DNA from: Atractiella rhizophila | Taxonomy: Eukaryota | Reading direction: 5' to 3' | Assembly: GCA_021432655.1 (NCBI GenBank) | Contig: MU271300.1 | Span: forward strand, 47,651 to 82,867 | DNA: 35,217 nucleotides | Part shown: piece by piece, positions 1 through 10,600 of the stretch | Layout of the letters: every line of letters starts with the position of its first letter | Numbering within the stretch: position 1 is the stretch's first letter | Translations under genes and position numbers: made by a program | The notes under the pieces: model-generated | Seen by the model: only the letters and a program-made list of their open reading frames with translations | The model's database searches: none | Told to the model about the DNA's origin: nothing

Positions 1-882
1 GGAAGGCGCTCTAGGACTGTTGCTTACTTGGGCTATCTCTGAGTCCCTGTGTCAGCTCATCAAGATATCTGTCGGACGACCACGTCCGGATCTTATCGAT
101 CGGTACTCCTTCCCAGTGTTAGGCCTACGTTCTTGCTGATGTTTGCGATAGCTGTCAGCCTGCCACGGGATCTATGAATGCGGCCGTCTACGGTCTCGTT
201 ACCGATGCAATCTGCACACGCACCGATTTGCTAAAGGACGGGTTCAGGAGTTTCCCATCCGGTACATACGATCCATCTCCTTCGGTTTCCATGAGCCCTA
301 CGCTAACTCATTTCTTGCGCGTTGTCGTTGTGTAGGACATAGTACTGGCGCTTTTTGTGGGTTCGGATACCTCTCGTTATACCTTGCTGGCAAATTCCAC
401 CTTTTCGACAAGAAAGGACACACCCTCAAAGCTTGGATCGCAGTCTTTCCTCTCTTCGGTGCGACCTATGTGGCCATTACGAGGACTGAAGACTATAGGT
501 TCGTATTTCCTCTCCATAAAGGCGAGGCGCTCAAAGTTCAAGGAAAAAGGCATCACGCCACGGACGTCATCGCTGGCGCTGTGCTTGGACTTGTTGTGGC
601 ATTCTTCTGCTATCATCTCTATTATCCAAGTTTGAACGAGAAAACCTGTCATCTCCCCTATTCTCCTAGGCATACACGGCATTCCCAAGGAAGGAATAGC
701 ATAGGAGAGGAAGAGGCTAGGCTGGGAGGGTTGTCTGACTACGAGTTCGATAATAGCAACCAATGTACGTTTCTCGTAGCAACTTCTTTTTATGTGTTTC
801 CCTTATAAACAGTACAAATGCTAACGAGGGGTCAGACGGTGTGCCGCTGGGAACACAACCACGCCCTAGTTCTAGCCTTTAA
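1..882 (+). CDS. PAP2-family lipid phosphate phosphatase (DPP1/LPP1-like), 5'-truncated by window edge; 4 introns visible
   Basis: Spliced translation has all three PAP2 motifs: KISVGRPRP (KxxxxxxRP), SFPSGH (across intron ~262-335) and TRTEDYRHHATD (SRxxxxxHxxxD-like, across intron ~499-549), with hydrophobic helices; last exon ends SSSL* at TAA 880-882. Confidence 0.9.
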
Positions 883-1391
883 TGCACCGCTTTCGTTGGA
901 GGGCAAACATAGGTCGTGGTAGGACGAGAACTGTTTTTTGGCGATGGATTCCATATGGCCCTGGCCTTCGACGTTCTTTTCGGATCTTTATTTTTCTTCA
1001 TTGTCAGTGGTCACATTCTCTTCGAAACCTCATGGACGGTCCTATTTAAACATTATTGGACGATACCTCTCTCTCTCGTTATACGGAGAAATACTACCTT
1101 CAAAACTACAAGTTAAACGCATCTGCCGCAACAGCCAAGCGAACATGAGTATCTTGACTTCAGCAGCTTTAATTCCATTTTCATGTGCACAAATTGATTC
1201 AAAATTGATACAGGCGTCGACCTGCATTCATCTCCTGGAATAGGTAACTTGAAGCATACACTGTCTTCCGCATTCCTCGGTCAAATGAGGGTACAACGTT
1301 GTTATTTAATTCCTTCGTATGAGTTACAAATCGGAAACAAGAATTTTACACTTCGACCGTCTATCTTTGCTTGCCGGAGTAGTGCAAAATT

Positions 1392-2902
1392 TTAAGCGCT
1401 GAGCTTCTGCCTGAGAATTCCTTTCAAAGTCTCAGCGTCCTCAGCGAATTTCTTAATACCCTCATGGAGCTTGTCAAACGCCATTTGATCCTCCTGTATA
1501 TACCGGTCAGCAAGGAGGAGACTTGTCAGTGGAATCGACGCACAAGAAGAGCCCAGCGGAAGTCAGACTCCTTATCGATGAAAGAAACCTTGGGGTGAGA
1601 TTCGGCTTTGGTCGCTAGGAGTACAGGAAATGAGGCGTCAGTGGATGACGGTGAAAGGTGAAGGATGTCACGCACCCGCTTCGGCAGAAAGCTTGACTTC
1701 GAGCTTCTCAGTTGACTTATGGAGTTCTTCGAGAAGGTTAGGTGAAATAGTAAGGAAATCGCAACCCGTCAATTCCTTAATCTCGCCAGTGTTCCTGAAA
1801 GAGGCGCCCATGACTGACAAACACGCGTTGTAAGAAAGAGTATGCACTGAAGCCTGAAGGTGACCTACCAATGGTCTTGTATCCGTGCTGCTTATAATAG
1901 CTTTTGGCACGTCAGCGTCTTAAATGGAGGCCGCGGATGAAATCGTACTTGTAAATCCTTTGGACACTCTTGACTCCAGGATCGTTGGCGCCATCGTAAT
2001 TTGCCTCCGGCTTGTTCTTCTTGTGCCAGTCAAGAATTCTCCCTGGCGTAACAATGAGTGCTCGCTTTAAGTGACGCTTGTGCGCAAACGCACCGACAAA
2101 GGGAGAGATGAGAGTAACGCCAGCTTCAGCACAGGCGACAGCCTGAGGGAAGCCGAAGAGCAGTGTCAAATTGCAATGGATCTGGTAGTCCCTCTCGAGG
2201 ATCCTAGCCGCCTGAATGCCTTCGAAAGTAGACGCAATCTTGATCAAGATTCTGTCTTTTTCGATACCGACAGATTTATAGAGCTCAATCAAGTGGCGAG
2301 CCTAAACCTCTCCTTAGCAAAATGTACAGTACTTAGTAAGAAAAGGACCTTTTCAACGTTGGCCTTCGTGTCGAAGGAGAAGCGAGCATCGACCTCGGTG
2401 GAAACGCGGCCGGGAACGATTTGAAGGATCTCCTTGCCAAATTCCACAAGCTGTTCTCAACTCAGTTCAGCACGGAGCGATTCGCCGTGAAGTAGCGAGA
2501 GAGACTGACGAGACGATCGAGAGTGTTATCGACCTGAGAATCAATATCTCTACACCCACATCCCATTATCACCTCATAACAACCACAGCGAAAAAAGCAC
2601 TCACCCTCCCTTCTCCTTTCCGTACTTAACGGCAACATCGATCAGCCTAGCATATTGGGGCTTCTTCACTGCTTGAAGGATCAGGGACTGAAAACAACAT
2701 AAGGTCAGTTTTATTGGGTCAAGAACTCAGTAGGAGGTCGCACGGGGTTGGTAGTAGCGTCCTGAGGCTTGTAGGACGCGATACCTTCAAAGATCGGGAT
2801 CAGCGCTGTCTGATCGGGAAGTCATTAGGACTCACTCTCAAAATCCCCAGTGTCAGAGACGACGGTAGTGTACTGCTTCAGTTGATCGAGAGCGCTGGTC
2901 AT
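1392..2902 (-). CDS. TAL1: Transaldolase (about 10 short introns)
   Basis: Spliced translation [61 protein letters not shown] (Schiff-base Lys)..[47 protein letters not shown]. Confidence 0.97.
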
Positions 2903-3184
2903 TTTGGATGAAATTTTATGGGTGGCGACTGGTTGCAGAAAGTGAGGTGGTTGTTGAGGTAATGCTGCCTTTTTGTGGTCAAATTACCCGGAGTTCGGTC
3001 ACGTTCTTCAACCCTACTCGTGAAGGGAACTTGCTTTCATGATAAGATGGCAGAGCGAAGGCCGTGGACAACATAGAAGAAGATACAATGCAAAATCAAA
3101 GAAGGTGCAGCAGCAGTATAAATGCACGGAATAGCGGGAAACCAGCAAACGGGACGATCTGATGCTAGCGCGACCTTGAACACA

Positions 3185-5690
3185 TCAATTTTTCCATCTT
3201 AAAATCCCCAGCAATGCCATCAATACCCTTGATAAGAAGAAGATGAGGATCACTTACATGCTAACTTTCCTGTCTTTGCCCCCACTTGCGACTTTATCAG
3301 CGATGAAATCCACGCAATAGACCTCATCAGTATGTCCCGGAAGGTCCATTTTAATCTTAAATGTCTTGAGGTCCCAGAGCTATGAATCGCGGTGATTAGC
3401 AGGTCAAAGGACTAGAAGGAATAACAAGACATACCTTCAGAGTGGAATCCTTGCTAGCACTGATGAGCATTCGAGAGTCCGCTGACCAGGCCAATCTATA
3501 AACTGCGGCAACATGCCCTCTGAGCGTAGCAACGAACCTATCACCAACGTTACATCAGTGCATATTCGCAACCTTCCGAGGAGCAACGCACTTCCCAGTC
3601 CTTCCATCCCAAAGCTTAACGTGATTGTCCCACCCAGCACTCGCAACGTACTTCCCATCAGGAGAGAACGAGACATGGTTGATTTGTTTTTGGTGTCCCA
3701 ATAGTCGCTCCAGAGGCTTTTTGGGGGTCGCACCCGTTTGCGAACCAACTTGTGGAGGCCAGACGAAAAGTGTGTGATCCTCCGAGCCTGAAATCAAGCG
3801 CTCCGATTGACCAGATTTGAGAAGGAAGTCATCATAACGCGCTTGAGCTTTCTTCCGTGCTTTTATACAATGTAAATGGCACAGGATCAGCATAGGAAGG
3901 ACACGCACCATCCTCATCGTCTAATGGTGGGATTCCCTTCTCATCAAACGGTCCAGTTCTCAACACAAACTCCGTGTTGAGTGCAAGAGTGTTAACCCAA
4001 TGGGCGTGCTCGCTCAAAGTCCTCAAAAGCTTCCCCTGTTATCAATCTCGTCAACTTTCACCATTAATGGTTAGAGATAGAAGATAGGAAACGCACATCC
4101 TTGCCATCCCAAACCTTGATCGTTCGATCACTGCTGGCCGTATAAATGACACCGCCGGGCATCCCAGCATCAGCACCTCCACCCCATCGCACACAATTCA
4201 CCTTGTCAGTGTGTCCGCCAAGCGTGAAGTCGAGCTGACGGGTCTTGATGTTCCATACTCGGACGGTGGAGTCCTTCGAAGAGGAAGCCAGACGAGGTGA
4301 GGAAGGATTCCTTCATGTGTCCAAATTAAGCATGCTATTGAGAAAGAGAAGGAATGGAGACAAACAGGTGTATCGGTTCCCACGCCAAGGAAGTGATCCA
4401 TTTGGTATGACCCTTCAAGGGCTCGTAGATGGACTTGCAGGTCTTTGGATCCCAAATCCTAATCTACCTTCCGATCCTCCTGTCAGACCGGTGCAAACAG
4501 ATAAATGACAAGCGTACAGTATTGTCATGGCTTCCAGTAGCAACAAGCCTTTCCCTTGCCTCCCACTCCGCGCAAAGCACCCAGCCTTTGTGACCCTCTA
4601 ATTTACCAGCAGGTAACTCTATCCCCATATCCCACAATCTAGCTTCATGATCGCCACTCCCAGTCACGAGCCATTTGCCTGTGGGAGAGAAGGTAGCGCA
4701 AAGGATTGGGCTGCCGTGGCCAGACAAGGAAGAGGAGAGACGGGTAACTGGGCGAACGCGGAACGGGACGGAAGGATGACAAGTGAGTGTGAGAACGGAT
4801 TCGACAGATGGGAGTGCGGGAGACGTGGATGTGGAGACAAGGTAAAGATCGTGGATGGAGGTCACGATGGGGAGAGAGGAGATGACATTTTCGTCTGGCT
4901 TTGAGGCTTTCGGCGGAGGGAGATTGAGTGAGAAGGTGAAAGGGATGGGATCATCTTGCTAGGTTACGCAGCTCAGCTTATCTCTTCTGCAAGCGGCAGA
5001 CTAAAAGAATAGTATGGCAAGAGACACAGAATTGTTGTAACAGTATGAGAAATTTCCGGGTGCCAATTTTTAATCTCATCCGCTATAATTTGGAAGAAAA
5101 TGAGAACGAGCAGCTCGGTTAGATTGACAACATCAATCAAGAAAATTATCCTCTGTGGGGACCTGCTACGGGCTGGTTTATGGTTGACAGCGTTAACCAT
5201 CACAGCTTGTCAAGGTGGACTAAGTTACACAGGATTCTTGCACCAGGAGTTCCAAGTTGAGCAGCGGAAGCTCCTCAATATATAAGAAGTACATGGCATG
5301 GTGCTACAACCAGAGAAATTTGGGATTGCTCAAGAAGATACAGGTTCAAGCAGCAATCGTTCAAACGTGCATGGCAGCTTCACGCACTCTTCAGAACGAC
5401 TTGCTCAATTCGAGCGTGCAGAGGTTGCAAAAGGTACGTATTCCACCAATCCAGCTTCAAGAAATACAACATACCTGTCCCCTCAGTTGATTCACAACCT
5501 GCTCCAATGCTCTGACGTCCGTATTAGCAGGCAATGCAACGCGATTCCCGATTTCTTTGCCGTCCAGCCCATCTTCAAAACGCACGATGACAACTGGCAC
5601 ATCTGCCTGTGCTTTGGACAAAAGTTCGTCGTCCGCTTTGACTTGTTCGCGTTTCTGACGCTTGGAAGGGGGTGGAATGAGCGTAGCCAT
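3185..5690 (-). CDS. RSA4: Ribosome assembly WD40 protein Rsa4/Notchless (NLE domain + WD repeats)
   Basis: N-terminus MATLIPPPSKRQKR typical of fungal Rsa4; WD repeats LSGHGSPILCATFSP..VTGSGDHEARLWD, EGHKGWVLCAEW, HAHWVNTLALNTEFVLRTG, ISGSEDHTLFVW, LLGHQKQINHVSFSPDG, DLPGHTDEVYCVDF..GGKDRKVSIWKN*. First intron 4959-5474. Confidence 0.95.
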
Positions 5691-5973
5691 GGGATGACTT
5701 GCTTAGATCTGTGCTGGAAATTTTTTGCTTGCTCAGGATGCGGAAGGCTCGATGTCGTGAGCTTAGTGAATCAGACTAAAAACGAACTAGAAAACTTCGG
5801 TGGGGAGATTATCGGCCGGAAGTGGCCGGAGCGGATTTGGCGGGCACGGTGTGTCGTGATCCGATTGCTCGGGATGACTTATCAGATCGCTTGCAAAAGA
5901 AAGAAAACGACCAGTCAGCTTTATTACGCCCATCAATATCACCTCTCATTGCTCCAGTCCAAGAGACAGTATC

Positions 5974-6991
5974 ATGTTGTTGCCAGCTGACGACTTTGCT
6001 CCCCCCGCAACAAACGGGACAAATGGGCATTCCAGTTCCCTAAATGGATCTTCCTCGAAGAAATCGACTCTCCTCGTTGGTTCTCTAACTCTTCCGGCAT
6101 ATACAGCTCATCTGTCCTCTTACCCTCCCAATGATTTGCCCGATCATTTTATGTACGATCGAATCATCACTCCTGGCATTACCTGGTTGCCACAAGAGCA
6201 CTACGAGGAGATCAAGCTCTTTTTGAACGCTGGGGAGGTGTCGCAGGCTTGGGACGTTTTGGTTGGTAGGGTTCAGGCGGCTTCCAAGAAAGGAGCGAAG
6301 GTGGAGTGGACGGTCGCAGGGGAAGCAGAGGAGTTGAAGAATCTGCTCAAAGAAGGATGGACCACTGAATTCAAGAGTGGCAAAAACGGAGAGACCATCG
6401 TGCGTACTGTTCCTTCAGCAAAGGTTCGATGTTAAAGGAAAACCTCGATGAAAGATATACTCTACTTTACTCTCCACTGCACCAACGAGCACCTCTGCTG
6501 TCCCTCTCAAACTTCGTTCTCGCAGCTCAAAGACAAACGGCAATGGAACCGCGAAGAAGAGCGCCTTGTGGTCCTTCACCACTACGACGTCTACGAACGG
6601 AAACGGAGACGGATTGATTGACGAATCGTCGCTACTCACATCATCCGACCTCGCTCGTCCAGCAAAGGAAGAAGCTTGCGAGCCACGACGGCGGAAGAAG
6701 GCGTGCAAGAATTGTACGTGCGGCTTGAGGGAGCTGGAGATCGAACTCGAGGAAGATGATTTGAATGAGAAGAAGGTGGAGCAGTTGAGGAGTGGCGGCG
6801 TGACGAGTAGCTGTGGCAATTGCTACTTGGGAGACGCGTTCAGGTGCAGTGGTTGTCCCTACCTTGGTATGCCTTTTCATCCTCAGCTCAACAATGAAGA
6901 AATTAATGGTCTGCAATGGACAGGTCTTCCGGCTTTCAAGCCTGGAGAGAAAGTCGAGATTCCCGTGGGAACAGATGATATCGATTTCTAA
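5974..6991 (+). CDS. DRE2: Fe-S cluster assembly protein Dre2/anamorsin (introns ~6400-6454 and ~6867-6923)
   Basis: C-terminal motifs [16 protein letters not shown] (Cx8Cx2CxC) and [31 protein letters not shown] (Cx2Cx7Cx2C), preceded by LIDESSLL. Confidence 0.95.
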
Positions 6992-7598
6992 ATGTCGCGT
7001 TCTATCGACCAACTTTCTCACAGAGAATTCGTTTCTCAAGTTCCTGTGTTTCCACCCTGTTCCTTCCCCTGTAGACTTGATACATAGTTTCTTTTGGACA
7101 ATATCCATCTATCTCTCATTCTGAACGCTTTTGCGTCCGTTCCTTTCCATCTATTCCCCTGCTGTGGCCTGTGGGAGCGTGAACATGCACATGAAGCAAT
7201 TTTTGCCAAGAATTGAGAGCCATGTTGTTCGATTAACTTTAGTGACCATCAACATAGATACCTCGACCACCTCCAGCGGCAAAATAGCCAACAGCTCCTC
7301 TCGGACGACACTGAAGCGGCCCTGAAGGCTGAGATAAGGTGAAAAAGGCGACCGAGGAGTTTTCCACGACGCCCTCAAGTGTGCTGTGTGGTAGTTAACT
7401 ACGGGGACAAAAGCTCAGCATTGCAGTGCAGTGCCACCGAGGCATTACTTTATTTTATACCGTACGCCCCTCTTTTGAACGTGCAAGGTCAAGCTGGAGG
7501 CTCCACGAGTCGTCGAACCGCCTGCGACCAGTGGAGTGAAGAAAGAACGGAGGGTCTCTCGTTCGCCGTCTATCGAAGTGCTCGCCTCGTCCTTTGAG

Positions 7599-7619
7599 CA
7601 GCAGCAGCAACAACAGCAG
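7599..7619 (+). repeat. (CAG/CAA)7 microsatellite just upstream of, and in frame with, the fusion gene ATG
   Basis: cagcagcagcaacaacagcag. Confidence 0.8.
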
Positions 7620-7664
7620 TCAGCGTCTTCAAATAATTCCAACAACTATTTATTGGAGAAAAGG

Positions 7665-10600
7665 ATGTCTCTCCGCTCTTATCTCACAGGTTCCTCCAAA
7701 TCCTCTTCTTCCCAGTCGTCTTCCTCTCAACCAGCTCCGAATTCGACACCGCCGAAGCCTCCAGCGCAAAAGACGATTTCGAGCAGCACGAGTGCGAGGG
7801 AGAGGATAGAGAGATTCAACCAACGTTCGCGGCCTTCATCCATCGTCGGTCCGCCTTCTTCCACTCCTCCCAATGGGACGAATGGAAATCCTATCCTCAC
7901 TTCACACAAAATAGCGGCCTCCTTATCAAGGAAGCCTTCGGTCAAGTCTTCCGTTCAGGCTATGAGTTCAAGTGCGAGCCCGGTCACGGAAATGAAGGAG
8001 TTGAAGGAAGAGGATTTTATCATGCCGAAGGAATTGAAGGGCAGTGAGCTCCCTCCTCTCGTCGTTTCTGCAAACGGTCCGGCGAACGGACAAATGCACG
8101 TCAGTGGGTCGTCGTCGTCCGCTCTCCCTCCTCCGTCGAGGAACGAACCAGCAAAGGAACTTGCTACTCCTCCGGTCCCTATTCCTGCTCCTGCGCCGAC
8201 GCCTGCTCCTGTTCCAACAACCGGCCTCACAATTCCAACAGAAGTATTTGTTCAAGCTCCAACACCTGTCGTCGAGCCGAAACCGTCGCTCCCAGCAGTT
8301 GCCCCTACAGCTCCCCCCACCACAGAAGAGAGACAACAAGACACCCTCTCTCCTGACTCACAGACGCAAGCTTCTCCTCAAACCCTTCAGCGATCGGGCT
8401 CTCTCTCACGCTCGGGCTCCCTTTCTCGCTCTGGCTCCCTCTCCCGCTCGCACCAAGGCCGTTCCAGCATCTCGTACAAATCCACACCATCGAACGTCGC
8501 AGTTCAACCCCCAGCTCACACACTTCCCGTCACCCCTCTTGCTCAGACTCAATCCCAGCCGCAGGTGGGTGAGAGTCACCCGATTACGTCGGTGATCGAT
8601 ATCTCAAAAGTGCATCCCGCTTCCTTTGTGGGCAGTCATGCCCACGACCACCATTCCGAAGCATCGACCAGCACAGCCGCCGAGGGTGGACATCAGTGGC
8701 TGGTGGTCATTATACCGCCGATGCATTTGCCGCACGATCCACCTGCCCATGGAGTTCACAGTCTGGGATATGGCCCCGCGGCGAAGTTTGGAGGAGGAGT
8801 ATTGCTCAGGCTGGAGAGGACTGTCCGTGTTCCTCCCTCTTTATGTGGAGGAGAAAGCTAACGCGAACAATTTCACGGCATAGATGAACCAACAGCTAAC
8901 GAGTATCGCTCGCGCTTTCTCCCTTCCATCAATCATGGGTGTCGCACTCTACCTTAGCCTTCCACCCCCAATGCCAATGTATCCAATGATGGGAATGGGC
9001 GGCGGGATGGGCGGGATGGATGGCATGAACATGGAGTTCGGATTGAAACCTCGGCTGAGTGAGGAGATTTGGTCCGCAGTTTGGGCTGGCCTCTGGGACG
9101 GAGAAGCAGAGGGAACAAGTCCTACCAAGGCTCCTGGCGCCGCAACTGCGATGGGAGGAATGGGCATGCACATGATGAACATGCAGCCGATGCAAGGGAT
9201 GGGAGGAATGGGAATGATGGGAATGGGATGGGGCGGATGGCGGATTCGTAAGTTCTTATGTTCTTTAGTTCAAAAGGCATGAGTTGACAATATTCCGTTA
9301 TGTGTACAACAGCGATCGTAGCACGTCTTGAATTTGACATCGACACTCGGAAAGCTCGCTGGTACGAGCAGTGGCTCGCCAACGCAGGTCCTCATCAGTC
9401 AATACCCCACCACCCTCAACAAGCTTACCCTCAGCACCCTCAATACCGAGCCTCTCGATCCACTTCTTCCATCTATCGCTCGTCCATGGACATGAGAGGA
9501 GCGAACGTGCATGGTGTCATGGGTGATGGCGAGATGCTGAACAACCACGATTCCCCTTCCAAGCGACACGATGGGCTCGTGCCTATCGGCGCTGGAGGAG
9601 GAGTGAGGAAGATGTATCTTACAGGGGAAGACGGCTCGCCGGATCTAAAAAGGAGCGGAAGCCAGAAGAAGCTCTCGCTCCTTGCAGCGGGCAGGGCCGC
9701 TTATCTTACACGGTCGGACAGTGGATGGGGGAGACGAGGTCATTCAAAAAATCCTTCCCTTCAGGAGGTTACAGAGCCCGACTCCGGATTTGTTGATACC
9801 GCTGGTACCACCACTGCGATGGATGGAATGACAATGCGCGACGTGGATGGGAAGAAGATTCCAATTTCAAAGGTGTGGACCGGCCCCGTCGCAGGTCCTA
9901 ACGGTGAAGAACTGGTCGATGAACTCCTCGACTCCTGGCCTCCCACTCCTGATTCCCCAGACCGTCTTCCATCTCCAGATCTTGCGGAAAGATTGATGGG
10001 AGCTCTCTCTACCCCCGCCTTGCTGAATATGAATGGGACGTTCGGAAGGCTGCACATGGACATGGTGGGTGAAGGAAGGAGGAGAGAACCTGAACTCGAG
10101 ACCCCCATCGAGACTAGGAGGAAATACTTAGCTTGGGAGCGCAGGCCAATGCATCTTGTTGGGGTTGACCGGGAAACAGAGAGCAGGATGAGGCAGTTGA
10201 AGGATATCAGTGAACCGACGCCGACTCCAAAGGAGAAAGAAGAGTTCCAAGAGGTTCAGAAGAGACAGCTGATGAAATTGGGAATGGTGGAGGAGGGAGA
10301 GGAACAATTGGTACAGGGAGAACATCAGCATGACAGGAGGACGAGCGCTGCCGAATATCCTAGGAATCTCTATGAGCTCTACTTGGCTCAGTATCCCAGT
10401 TTCAACCTCTATCCGAAAGGCATCGTCATTAATCTACCCTTCGACATGAAACAGAAGCAGTTCTTCCAACGATATCCCCTCAACCTCTACCTGACCTACC
10501 CACCAGTACGAGCATCTTTGTATCCGTTTACGGGACCCATCATCAAGGCACCAGATGTGCGATACATGAAAGTGATCAACTCAGAGACTCGCTATCCTCT

